Shown here: piece by piece, positions 37,401 to 50,289 of the stretch | Layout of the letters: every line of letters starts with the position of its first letter | Position numbering within the stretch: position 1 is the stretch's first letter | NCBI GenBank assembly: GCA_002633005.1 | Contig: NMRA01000576.1 | Location: 52,329 to 116,328, forward strand | From: Phoronis australis | Taxonomy: Eukaryota; Animalia; Phoronida | Length of the DNA: 64,000 bases | Reading direction: 5' to 3' | Program-made: the position numbers and the translations under genes | The notes under the pieces: generated by a model | Databases searched by the model: none | What the model saw: the letters and a program-made list of their open reading frames with translations, nothing else | Told to the model about the DNA's origin: nothing

Positions 37401-38890
37401 AAAGTTGGAGTCGACAAAATTTAACGCCGTTTCGTAGAGTGACGGTAATTAAGACATTAGCTATTTCTAAACTAAATTTTTGTTGTCAAGTTTACCAAAT
37501 CCACCAGTTAAAGTCCTTGGTGAATTGAATACGACATTTTTTAGTTTTGTATGGCGGGTCCGTGATATTAAAATTAAACGAACTACGGCCTGTTTAGGAC
37601 TTGATCAAGGGGGAATTCAAATGGTTAATATGCATACATTCAGCAAAGCTTTAAAACTCGCTATGGCCCGTAGATATCTTGAAAGGCCTGCGTCTAAAAG
37701 TGGTGAATTACTGTACTCACTCTACCCGTTCTTAAAGAATTTTGCTTCATTTGGAGATGACTTTATTAAGTCGAAGTTAACTCTAATTGGTAATTCCTAC
37801 TGGTGCAACGTAATTGGAAGAATGTTATCTTTCTTCAAGAAAATAATTGTTGCGAGTAAAGAGGACTTGTTGAACCAACCTTTGTGTTTTAATAGTAACT
37901 TGGCGATCGGAGGCACAGTTGTTTTTTATAAGCCTTGGTTTGTAAAAGGCTTAAGATTTATTAGAGATTTGTATACCTCTGATGGTGATTTTGTAAATAT
38001 GAAAAATAGATTCGACGTGAAAACCAACTTTGTAGAATATAATGGTGTTGTTTCTGTTCTAAGAAGGTTTCAAAAAGTCTATTTCAAAGTAAATTTAAAA
38101 GTGCTAATTTCTACTCTCCTTGCGTGCCTTTAGCAATTACTCACTTACGGAAATATTTGAAGGGTCGTAGAGACATATTTGTTCACTCTTTGATAACGTT
38201 AAGAAACCTAAGTCAGAGTGTATATGGGAAATTGAACTAGGAGATAGTTTAGATTGGAAGAAAATATATGCTTTACCTTACAAAATTACAAAGGATCCCA
38301 TATTAGATGGTTCCAATTTAGAATACTACATAGAATTATTGCAGCAAATACCTTTTTAGTCAAAATATGCATTAGGGATTCTGATCTATGTTCCATATGT
38401 ATTAAAGCACCAAAGACGTTGTCACAACTTTTTTGGGATTGTAGCTTTGTAAAAGATTTCTGGAAGGAATTCGTAAACCTACTTCAAAAGTGTGGCATTC
38501 AGCTTCCCAACTGTCTGTCTTACGATAGTGTTATTCTTGGACTTTACAAGACGCATGATTTTCTATTTAAAATTTTGCTTCTACTAGATTAACAGTACAT
38601 TTGCAAGGAGAGATGTCACAAAAATATACCTAATTTTCTCAAATTCGCTACAAAAACTTATGAATACTATAATGCTGAAAAATTAAATGCACATAAAAAC
38701 TTTTTAAATGACAGCTTCTCTGCTAATTGGGAAAATTTTATTGTTCATGTTAACTTCATGTACAAGATATTTACTTTAAACGAGATATGAAAATGGTCTT
38801 CCTGAGGTGTGCATGCGAGAATGAATGATGTACTTATTTGTTTGTTTGTTTGTTTTTGTAATTGTTTGTGAAATATAATAAATACAAAAA
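34480..38890 (+). mobile_element. Decayed L1/Tx1-clade LINE with near-complete ORF2
   Basis: APE (SLNCR.L...KRKDV, CLLDTHF, DFN, DVWRELNP, SRLDFF, SDHS), RT (KSPGCDG, NWRPISLLN, GCRQGD.LSPY, LQYADDT), zf-RVT (FQFRILHRI, CSIC, LFWDC), a GTTT-rich 3' UTR and an A-rich tail. 5' boundary approximate. Confidence 0.92.
35027..38760 (+). pseudogene. L1/Tx1 ORF2 (endonuclease and reverse transcriptase), fragmented
   Basis: The + strand ORF pieces from 35009 to 38592 are in canonical ORF2 order, with stops and frameshifts. Confidence 0.9.
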
Positions 38891-39068
38891 TAACTTAATC
38901 CTTGACTTCGGGTTATTATGCTGTCAATAATTACATTGTAAGCGTGTACCTAGACTGATCGAAAGCAAGATTATAATTGCGTGCCCAAATAAAAGAGTAA
39001 TTTCCTATATTTTGAATGTCTTGTTTATTCTTTCAAAAAAGACAGCGAGTCCCTAGTTGCACAACATA

Positions 39069-40252
39069 CAGCCCACATCACGAATTTTTGTCCGCCCGGT
39101 CGGAAATTGGTCGACGACTAGCCGTAGACAGGCCGGCAAATTAGCCGAAGGGTCGGCTAAAAATTAGCGAACCGGCAGCCGCCCGCAATGCCGACTCATT
39201 AGGCGAGTCCACAGCCGACCCTTCAGCCGGCCCTTCAGCCGACCGGCTATCAGCCGACCAGCTGGTCGGCTGCTATTTTTAGGCTAGAGTAGCAGTTGGG
39301 TAACAGGTTGTCAGGGTGATACAACTTTGCGTGTCGATGCATATTCGTCTTAGCACAGGGTCAAATAAACTAACCTAGTTTTACTGTCTCGGTTACATGG
39401 GTTCACGTCGGTTGTGTAACACCACTAATTCGAAGGGTGAATTCAAGCGGTAATAGTAAACATAGGGTTTTGGACAATGCAACAAGTTTTGGATGAAAAA
39501 CGTGAAAGTTTTCTTTACGTTTCATCTTTAATTTGATTCGTGACGTTAACAAGAGGTATTATATCGGTTGCTTCCCGTTAGATACAACGCTATTGTCATT
39601 TTGTAAGCACAGCTATTTTTAACAGTCCTCGTCCGCAGTTGATTTTGTTTGTGTAACGCCAAACAGCATCCTTTTGCGTTTTTGTAAGTTAGTCACCGGT
39701 CTCCTATCACGCGCCCATGATGATGGATTAGTGAGTGAGTTGTTACACCGCGAAGAGCTCTCACTCCGGGTATTTTATTTTCATAGTATTGAGCCTTGCA
39801 GCACAGATGCGAAATTCAAGGTCCAGTATGCCCTAAACCCACCGACTTCGAGGGCTCTAACTTCGAATTTATATTATGGTTACGAATTCCACGAACTAAG
39901 ACGGTGACATCACCACTGTTTAGGCTACAGCCAATTGCAGCTTTGCGCATTCCATTTTCATGTATCGGTGACGTTAAAATCTGGGCTAGCAGTTACATGC
40001 ATACACGTCGTCCCCTAATCAGTCGATCGTTCACGTTGTTCCAAAAATAAATATTTTTTGTCAACAACATATTGACAAATTATGCAAAATGAAACAATTG
40101 TGAACGGGAAGATGTGAATACATGGTGAAGTGGTATTTGTCTCTACGGCAACTGCATGTTTGGCGTGAAAATAAAAAAATCATGCTTGTATCGCCACCCA
40201 CCCCCTCCCCGAATTTTACACATTCTAATGAGTCACCACTCGAGATTTGGTT
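39069..40252 (+). mobile_element. 3'-truncated copy of the 1.6 kb TIR element
   Basis: TA-CAGCCCACATCAC left TIR. Collinear with 24624-25972 apart from an internal deletion; right TIR absent. Confidence 0.85.
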
Positions 40253-42332
40253 CCGTTTCAGTCTTAGAATCGCAGAATAATTCTTCTGTGCTCAACTGTA
40301 AGAAAAAATACAGTTTTTTTGAAACGGTGCTCAGTCTTAATAAAGTTTCCAGCAAGAGAGCGCTTTATTACAAATGCCAAGCACACGCATAGTTGTAAGA
40401 CAGAGACGTTGGCGTTTCCGTATGTCCACGAAAGTGCTTTGAGCAGTGTGTACAAATTTGTTCATTTCGCTTTTCTACACTGACGACTATGGTCAACACG
40501 GTGTTTTAACTACACTTTTGAGGACATTTTCAAAAATAAATGTTTGGTTGATGAATTCAGCGATTCGGTGCCTACGGGCAGGAAAACGTATATGCGTAAA
40601 TAAACAGTTGCATGAGCTCAAGGACTACCTGAGACAGAAAATAAAACCGAATACCAAACATAAACTTGTCCAATGAATATGTAGCTCTTGGAAAACTGTT
40701 ACCCCGAAGAAATTTGCAAAATACGAAGGTCATTTACGGAAGGTTGTACGAGAAGTGATTCGTTGCGGCAGTGGAGCCGCCACGGAATAGTAAATGACTG
40801 TGCTGTGCACTAGTTAGTTGCATGGAAAGCTCAAACGGAAAAATCCAGAACACACATTTTCCATTCAGGAATTGAAATGTCTGTAGAATCAAAAACAATT
40901 GGCAACCAGGATTTATTGCGTCAGAAAACTTATCTATCCAGGAGAGAATTGTTTTCCATGCCCGGAGACTAAGTGATCACCCATTATGCAATGATGACAA
41001 TCCAGTGTGTACCTAGTATACATTGGCATCTTTTGTGAAACGTGGATTAGTCGAAAGAAAATCAACCGCATTTCCAAGGTAATATGTTTGTTGTCGGAGA
41101 GGTTGAACATATAGCCCTTGTTTATACGTATAGTACGGACATTATCACTTTGAAAGATCAATGCTTGGTGATGGTGACGTGGTGTTCTGGCGTGAAAGTT
41201 ACTGACATGGTAAGTTTTTCAAGCTGACTTATTAAATTTTCAATTCGGTCGTATTTTATTTTGATCCTTTAATGAAGAATTTTTTGTCCTTATAGGGGCT
41301 GATGTGATAAATTTTTAGTCTTGACTGGGTGAATTTTCATTGGTCTTTATTTGCTATTTGGTCTTCTGTGTGAAAACAATCTCAATGTATCGGATTGTTT
41401 TAATTCCTGCTTAAGTAAAATTTCTGGTTTTGACATATTGATTTTTGGTCCTGTAGACTTTACATGTTTTGCTTGGTTTTAGTTGGTTTTGAGATATTTA
41501 TTTTTGGTCCTGGAGATTTTACATGTTTTGCTTGGTTATAATCTTGCATAGAAAAGATATGTCGTTAAATGTTTCAAATTAGGCCTCTCATAAATGTGGG
41601 AGAGCAGGTTGTGTAGCATCGTACTATGTAACTGCTTATATAAATCTAGGTGTTCGTGATTTAGTAATACCATGAAAAATGAGTAGTTATGACTATGAAA
41701 AATGAGTAGTTGAGGCTTCTTTTGAAATACTATATTCTTTGTATATGCCAGGTATAGATGGCTCAGTGTGATATTATGTAAGGTTTAATATCATCTATGG
41801 CTTAACAACTATATCTCTTCATTCATGCCTGTAATAGAGGTACTCCCAGGATCATCAAGCATGTGTATGTTTTTATTCCAATGAGGCGTGCTTCGAATGT
41901 ACAATTAGTAATCATACTTTACGTTGTAACCACTATGTATTTTATTATATTTTGCAACGTTTTATGGTGCTTTAATTTCCATGAAAATTCCTTCTGTAAT
42001 TTTGCTCTCATATATGCCACCTTATATTCGTGTTTAATGACATTGTTCTTGTTTCATGTATGGTATAAATAGCGTTTATGGTGTTTAAATTTATTTGCCT
42101 TGGGTTACTGAAGCTTAGTAGAAGTACAGCAACAGTTTGTGATTTTGAGATGTCACTTACATTCGACGTTCTACTATTTCAAGTGCTATATGCAGAAAGA
42201 CATTGATGTAGACACTACAGGAGTTTCTTGAACAAACTAACAAACTATCTAAGACCAAGAACAACTTACTTTTCAATAAAACATGTGTCAACATGGTCTG
42301 CTACCAAAATACACGCACGCACAAACACACAT

Positions 42333-42335
<3 letters not shown>

Positions 42336-42393
<58 letters not shown>
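42336..42393. repeat. Compound (CA)n(TA)n microsatellite
   Basis: Direct inspection. Confidence 0.95.
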
Positions 42394-42691
42394 GGCACAA
42401 TTGTCAAACACACGACACTTTTCGTTATTGTCAGTCTTTTACCGTTTCGTTCATTAGTTCGGAATAAAACTCTTCGCTCAAACAAATTCTCGATGAATTA
42501 ACTGGCCAAGATACATGATTAATATGTTCACCATACTTCGAAACATACTTGTTTCATTGCGAAGTGGAAATAAAATGACGCAGAGCATTAGCTGGGAACC
42601 TACAGGGTGGGTCACGGCAGGAGTGAAATACTACAAGAATTACAGATGAAGGGGGGAAACGCAGTGTGTACATGTATATAGTTTCACGAAC

Positions 42692-42826
42692 TGTCGCATA
42701 CGCAATATTTAACATCACGTTCATGACGACGCGTTCTAGCAGAACGCCTCTGATTTGGAATGTTATGTTGGTAGTTGAATATTAGTGGAGTATATTTATT
42801 AATATTTCCTTTATCTTAATCCTACA
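42692..42826 (+). repeat. 5' LTR (135 bp)
   Basis: TGTCGCATAC...CCTACA, direct repeat of 47032-47167. Confidence 0.95.
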
Positions 42827-42844
42827 TGGTGACCTCTACGTGAT
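42827..42844 (+). promoter_or_regulatory. Primer-binding site, tRNA-Trp-like
   Basis: TGGTGACCTCTACGTGAT directly after the 5' LTR; 16 of 18 positions match the tRNA-Trp PBS TGGTGACCCCGACGTGAT. Confidence 0.8.
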
Positions 42845-43884
42845 GGACCAGCAGCAATTTTTTTAAGCTGAAAGACAGTTGTAAATTTAACGGTAAGCTT
42901 AAACAAACAAAATGACCTTGAGAGACGAAATAGAAGCACCACTGTGTAGAAATTCCGAAACAACTTCAATTTTCTAGTAAAAAAAAAACAATATGACGAA
43001 AGCATTTGGTTTAAAACACAGACAAAGGAAATTCTGAATTTTTACGAAGGACTTGAAGAAAAAATTAAGTCGATAAGGTATCATTGTGGATGGGTCCAGA
43101 AGGATGTGTGAAACATGCAAACCACCTCTTTGATGGAAATGATAATGAGAAGATAAACAACCTCTGAACGTTTTTCGATGGCATTTGTGCTAATAAGGAA
43201 GGCGTAGAAGGATCGTGGAATGCATCACGGATGAAATTAAAGTTTGCAAAGCAACCAGCCGATGACAGTGTTGTTAAATTTTATGATCGGATAAGGAAGT
43301 TGTTATTGCAATATGGATAACCAAATGAAATTTCAAGCATAATGGAGATTGAAGCCCTTGAATATGGACTTAAATATGTTAAGATTAATGCCCTCCCAAA
43401 GGCTGCGGCAAGTACCCAAGTATTGGACACGACAAGGGCGACGGAGGCAGCACAACGGCGCATGCGAGAAGTTGAAAAAGTGAGGGAGGAGTTTACGCAC
43501 TGTTCTGATACCGCAAATAATACTGATGAACTTAGACAAACCCCCACACGACAGTTTATTTCACGAAATGTGGATATATGCACCCACCAAAGCCATGTCC
43601 AGCGTTCCGGAAGAAATAACATCGCTGCAAACAGATGAACCACTTGGAGCAGTGCTGTCGGCTCAACACTAAACCTGAGAAGCGGGAAACCGAAAAGAGA
43701 AGAAAGCACGTGAAGCAACTGCACACAGCTGGAGTCAGTTATCAATCTTCTGGAAACGAAAATTTGTTTTACGACCAGTAAGACAGTGTGCCAATTGAGA
43801 CCGTGGACACCCAGGCAGGTGAAATCCATTTTGATGATGACCTTGGGCCAGATACCCAATTTGCTTTTGTCAGGGAAGCAAGTT

Positions 43885-46450
43885 ATGCTGAAGGCCAAAA
43901 TTGATACTGGGGCTCAAGTTAATCTCCTGAATATCGCCACATATAAGAAGCTGTAGGGGGCCGATGCAGTCAAGAAAACCCGGAAATCCGCTATCAAGCT
44001 GACTTGTCGTGGTGGTAAAAATTTTACCAATCATGGCAAGTTTTGGATTGGTCGTGTTTTCCACAAAAAAAACGTCGCTGGACTTAGGGTACCCTTTTTG
44101 TCTCAGATTTTGGAAACAAACTATTCTCGTTGAGGTTTTGCAATGCAATAAACATAGTGAAAATACTTTGCGATGAGCAAAGATTGTCAGGGTGACTTCG
44201 ACATTAGTGAATTTAATTCAGGAAAAGAAAATTGTGTCAAACAAGATGGGCAGACCAGAGTTATCTCCACAAAGCAGGTTATTGAAGACGCCAATGATGA
44301 TTTTATAGGAGTTGGGAGACTGAAGGACTATAAGTATAAAATTCTGATAGATGATTCTGTCCCATGAGTGGTATGCCCTCGAAGAAGCGTGCCAACCGCT
44401 GTCAAGAAAGCTACTTCTGTTGGAACTCAACCGAATTGGAGATCTTGGAATTATCAAAATCAGCAGGAAGTCACGGCCTTAGTAAACAGCGTAGTATGTA
44501 ACCCAAAACTGAACGGCCAGCTAAGGGTGTGTTTTGATCCTAAACCGTTAAACAGGGCTGTAAAATGACCCCACCATTACACTCAAACCTTGGAAGAAGT
44601 AGAAACGCAGCTACATGTAAATTGGTGTAGGTATTTCCCGGCGGTAGATCAGTCATGTGGATACTGGAATATTCAGATGCATCTGCAGAGTGTTCCCTTG
44701 CTTACATTTAACAGTCTCTTTGACAGATACAGCTATCAGCGATTGCCTTTTGGGATTCATAGCTCAGCAGATGTCTTCAAACGTGCCATTGACGACACAT
44801 TTGGAGACTTGGAGAATGTTTACTGCATCGCAGATGATATCTTGATTCCAGCACATGCGAGACGTGATCATGTTATTGCCGTGAATCACGTCATTCAGCG
44901 CTGCATATATTCAGGATCCCGGTTGAATTCGTGGAAAGAAAAGATACTTCCGGCAGAGATTTGTTACACCAGAATGTGTTAAGCGAGATTCTAAAAAGTT
45001 GGATGCTGTTGGGAAAATAGCACTTTCTGACAACAAGCTTGAATTACAGTACTTACTTGACTGCTGTACGTAGCTTGTCAAATTTATTCCTAACTTGTCT
45101 GCTAACACTTATGACCTAAGACGATTGTTGAAAAAAGACAATGATTTCACTTGGAGAGATCAACACACACAGATGCTGAATAGTTTGAAAGAATGTGTCT
45201 TAAAGCGGAGACCCTCCGGTATTTTGATCCACCTAAGGAGATAACATTCGAATGCCTAACTAAAGGGATTGTGAGTTCTTTTGTTTCAAGATGGCAGAAG
45301 CCTGGCAGATGCGGAAACCAGGTATTCAAAAATAGAGAGAGAGAGCTGCTGGGCGTTGTGTGGGCAGTCTTGCATTACAAGCAATACGTCTACAGTCAAA
45401 AGTTTACAGTCCACACAGACCACCAGCCGTTACAAGCTATCTTCAAGAAAGACATTCACATCCTAACGTCACGGTTGCAACGTATTGTTCGAATGTTGCA
45501 AGGCTATGAGATAGAAGTTGTTTATAAAAAAAGGAAGTGAGATGCATGTCCCAGATTGTTTGTCAAGGTCTGCTCCGCTTAGACCCAAGCAAGTGCCAGT
45601 TTTACTAAATATCACCACCTTTGGAATTCTTGAGGTGAACACTAAGACTGGATCAGACATTCCAAGGATACGAGCTGAAACTCCCAAAGACTTGATGGCA
45701 TTATTGCCATAGATTAAAAAAGGGTGGCCTGAGCTAGTATAAAAACCAAATGCCAGACCAGACCATGGCTTATTGGAATCACAGATAATGATTTAGCATG
45801 GCTCAATGGGGATTTAATCCGAGGATGCAGAATAGTAATTACCTAAAAAATGAGAGGATGCCTATTAAGGAAACTTCATCGAGCACATCAAGGAGTGCAG
45901 AAAAACCACTGAGAGATTCCGAGAAAGGTTCTTCTGGCCTGGTATTACGGAAAAGATCAAGCCAATGATTGTTGCTTCCCTAGAATGTCTAGAAAATACA
46001 CCAAAGCAAAAAGCCAGAGCAGTCATCCCCGTTACGACTACCGTGTCCATGCAAATCGTAGGGCTCGATGTTTTCCATTACAAGCAGAAGACATATTCGT
46101 GCATTTTCGACTATCACACGGGTTTTCCTTGGATAAGGCATTTGAAAACTCAAGACGCAGCTAGCATCGTGAAACACGTAAAATAGGCATCCAACGCAGT
46201 ATATGAGTGAAATGTTCCAGGAGAAGGGTTATGCAGTAATACATAACCCACACGCCTGCTACACCCCACTCCCAGCGTAAGAATGGTAGATGAGAGAGAA
46301 CGTTGGGAAAGATAAAATTACTCATGGAGAGGGCAAAGAATGATGACTTGGCAATAGACGATATTCTTTTGATAATACCAGATTCTCCGATTAGCTGGAG
46401 CACCCCTTCCCCGTTTGAGCCGATGTTCCACAGGTACCTCAAAACAGACT
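43885..46450 (+). pseudogene. Gypsy pol (PR-RT-RNase H-integrase), fragmented
   Basis: Protease motif near 43900 and ORF pieces at 44173, 44368, 44590, 45193, 45518, 45965 and 46303. Confidence 0.9.
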
Positions 46451-47031
46451 TGCTCTCCATTCCCTTACTTTACATGTTGGATGCAGCTCTTACTGAACAG
46501 GCTGGTGAGAGTTCAGACATATACGCTGAAGCGAAGAACAAGTCGAGAAGCGACCCCTGTCCGTTAGAGGAAAGCCAACCCGTGTCATTCCTCAAGAACA
46601 CCTCAGATCGGCCCAATAAGTGGTCACGCGGGGTTGTGACATGACAGGTCATACACGGTCCTAGGCAGTCAGACTGGAGGAGAATACCACAGAAATAGGA
46701 TGTACATAAAGCCAGTGTCAGAAGTCCCGTTAAACGATCGCCTAGATGAGCCGAGGAAGACGACTAGAACATCTAGCAACAGCGATAACAAAGCTGCGCC
46801 TGTTGCTAAACCTTCAGCAAATGTTCCGTTACTGGACCCCGCACAGGTGACGTGGGACACCGCTAGAGCACATGATAATCGTGAAAACGAAATTGCACCT
46901 CTTGCTGAACCATCATCCCGTCCTAGGCGAGAGATTAGACTTCCTGAGTGTTTCAAGGATTTTGTTTTTAGTTACAAACACTTGCACGCTGTGCGTTTGT
47001 TTTCTAGTTCTTGTTTTGTTAAGAGAGGAGC

Positions 47032-47167
47032 TGTCGCATACGCGATATTTAACATCACTTTCATGATGACGCGTTCTAGCAGAACGCTCTCTGATTAGGA
47101 ATGTTACGTTGGTAGTTGAATATTTGTGAAATGCATTTATTAATATGTCTTTTATCTGAATTATACA
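47032..47167 (+). repeat. 3' LTR (136 bp)
   Basis: Preceded by a polypurine tract at 47021-47030. About 15 substitutions and 1 indel against the 5' LTR by hand count. Confidence 0.95.
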
Positions 47168-47428
47168 GGAACATTTCAGTAGACCATTCGAAGCATACTT
47201 TTTATCAGTGTCTAAATTTCAGGTATATAGCAATGAGTGTTGGTTCACATGGTGGATACGAAAAAGGCAGGTTTCTCTATGTTGCCCAGCTAGCTGTAAA
47301 ATTTTCTCCTACGATTTCAACAGTTATCAGTTGTTCGTAACATGCACAGGCAGATTGCGCTCACGAACTTGGTGACAGTACATTGAATAGCTGTAAACAA
47401 GCTTTTAATCGTATCAAATTATACGCAC

Positions 47429-47716
47429 CCGTACGTTCTGAATGCATTATATATCCAAGGAAATATCCTTCGCATATTCTCCTGTTGTACTTTCCGCGAC
47501 AAACGGGCCTGCATTTGGTATTAGGAACTTCTGTTTCTCCCAAGAAATTATCATCACACCAGCATTCTTTTCCTCTTACTATAGCAGAATATCTCATGGC
47601 TAGGGCTCCACACAACGAACGACAAAATGACTTTGTATTTTTCTTCCCTTCATACATTTTTTTCGCATCTCCATTCCTTGCCATCTTCCAGCACTTGTTT
47701 ACGTCATTTATATGTT
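47429..47716 (-). CDS. Divergent WSC-like domain exon
   Basis: tttttcAG acceptor, 288 nt open phase 1-1, GTGCGT donor. KCW...NTKSFCRSLC...YSAIVRGKECWCDD...KCRPVCRG...ICEG keeps the 8-Cys WSC pattern. Confidence 0.7.
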
Positions 47717-50289
47717 CTGAAAAAATTACCAGTTAACACTAAGAAAAATATACCAAACTTACCGAGAGCGACTAACACGAGGTAATATCCTATGACACAC
47801 TATTCAGAGAAAAGTAGTTTTAAATGTGACGATTTATTACTTGAAAAGAAATACCAAAATGAAATCAACGGTAACTGGACATTGAACGTGTAACACCTCC
47901 TGAAAATAATTAATTAACAACATTTCACAATTTAAATACCGGTGATTCGGAGCATGAGTTGCAGACGATATAATATTTAGCAACAGAAAATTGAAATAGA
48001 ACTGTCATATAATTAACAGTCCTGTTCCAGATGTTACGGTCGGGACCCAATTGCAGTTTGCGTGTTATTTACACTGCTGCACTTCTGTTGGTTAAAACTT
48101 TTTATCGGAAAGTTTGATGATCGAACCGGCTAACAACTTGGATTCGACATTGACCTACCCATTGAACTTTCCGTGTCAGAGGTCATTGTTGAATTAGTGC
48201 AGAAGTAAATACGGATATCAATATTACACGGCCGTATGGCACTCGGCTGACTCAATGCGTGTGTGATAAAAAGGAAAACCACAATGCCTCATCTTTGAAA
48301 TTTTGTAGTAGCAGGCGGTACTTAGGATCGATGAGCACATAACTAATTTTAAATTGTATTTAGGATACAGGCATTTTCAATGTGGTTGTTCGCACCAAGT
48401 GGTCGTTCGCTGTCGTACTACAGTTTTCAAAACCAACTAAACGTTCTGCGAGAGAACTGCGTCAAACTTGAAAGATTTTTTAATCAGTTTCGTCGAACAA
48501 TTGTAGCATTATTCAGAGTTGCAGCTAGTCAATATTGAATTGTAAATACATGTATACGGAATAGTTGCCTCCTTCCTAATTATTTCCTCGACGAAGAAGG
48601 GTCGAGATCTGGGGTCGGAAATCCGCGTCATGATTTTTTTATTTATGTTAATGCGTCGTGACCTCAATCTGTCTGGCGTAAGCGCTACTTTCTCGAAAAC
48701 AAACACAACAGTTCTGAAAATTGATGTTATGAAAACTTAAGTTTGTTCCAAAAAATTGTTCCAAAATAATTACGTTTTCCAACAACTTAAGTATTTGAAA
48801 CTTAAGTATTTAAAAAATTTAATTATTTTAAATCGAGAATTTTGAAACGAACTCAAGTTTTAAAAAAGTTGAGGTTTTCAAGGAACTACTTTTTGAAAAC
48901 TGGTGTTTGCCAAGAACAATAGGTTTCAATTAGGCAGCTATTTAGAAAATAAGATTTTCACTAAATTAAACAAGAGAAGATTTCAGTAACAACTTTAATG
49001 ATTTCCATAGGTCATTTAACAGAAATTGAGTTCTATTCATATGTCATCAACAGTGATTAATTGCAGAAAATAAAATGTCCATGCTCAAAATACACTAAAT
49101 CGTTATACTAAGTGAGCATGTGAGTGTGAAATTCAAGAGCCACAAAAAACAGAAACGTTTAAAAAATCAGTTCAAAATGTCATAAATGCAAGGCATTGGA
49201 AACTAAATAAGGCTAACGATATATTCCTACATGCATCTTTCTCAGTCTATGACAATTCATGTAACATGCAAAAACTAAAAACTTCATCCAAGACTAGAGC
49301 ATCAAACAAAACACAAAGTTTGTCGGCAAAGGGCACAAATGTGATTTTTCGGGAAGAACGGATAGATTTCCCCTGCAGTCCTTATGCTAGAAATAGTACA
49401 AGGAATTATTTCTCTTGATTTTCAATAGTTCCAAATATATATTTTAAAGACATAATTTTATTTTGTTGAAAACCTTAGTAAAAAGAACCCTGCACACTCC
49501 AAAATGCAAAGCAATTTCTGTAAAAGTAACCCAAATTACAATCTGGTTATAGGAGGTGGAACTTAGAAAACCTAAACATTTGATCCCAAAATAATTTAGT
49601 ATTTTAATTAATTTAAAGGCGAAGGCCACCTTTTCCATGTCACTTTTAGCAAGAATAAGGTTCGTTGATTATCCCAGACACACTTTTCACTTAATTACAG
49701 CTTTTCGTAATTTGAGTAATTTCTCGTCCGTCGTTTTGGGAGCCAATTTCTTTTCATTATAGTCTGACTCATGAATGATGAAATATTGTATACTTAACCG
49801 TATATGTGTTCATTTGAGCTTATAGAAGGCAAGCAAACCATGTTTGTGACTACAAACGCGCGTTTTGAGATCAGATAAGTGCATTCATATATTCATGAGC
49901 TGCAGTGTATCTGTGCATCCACTGTGTTACCGTGGTAGTCGTCTTCATACATCGTTTGTTAAGGCCACACTCTGCAATAAAGACTCCAGAATTCAATATC
50001 ATGCGTGAAAAAGCTATCTGTATGAACCCAATCAACTTCCTGGATAATTATAATGCTGTTTATACAGTATTGGTATTTAAAAATGGCATCCAATTACGGA
50101 CATGTATGCAGAGCCTAGAAATTAGTTTTCGAACTAAGGCTCTAAAGTAAACCAATCACTCCATAGGGTTCATGTGCAAATTGTGTAAGTTTACTCCAAG
50201 CATGCACAGCAACGTGTCAGTTTTCCAGTTGTTTTAATCCTAGATTCACTGTTAAAATAAGCAAGCAAATGATGAACAGATTGCAAATA

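Larger units (their letters stand above)
42692..47167 (+). mobile_element. Decayed Ty3/Gypsy LTR retrotransposon with both LTRs (Mag-like, short LTRs)
   Basis: Two TG...CA LTRs, PBS, PPT AAGAGAGGAG and a near-TSD CGAAC/GGAAC. Domain order is protease (KIDTGAQVNL), RT (LRVCFDPKPLN, RLPFG, CIADDILI), RNase H (RELLGVVW, TDHQPL) and integrase (H..HQG, GLDVF, DYHTGF). Confidence 0.95.

Noticed and set aside
40934-41215. Exon-like segment with a GGTAAG donor
   Set aside because: I found no convincing open frame or recognisable domain on either strand.
43281-43898. 205-aa minus-strand ORF inside the Gypsy element
   Set aside because: It is antisense to the decayed gag/protease region and has no motif support.
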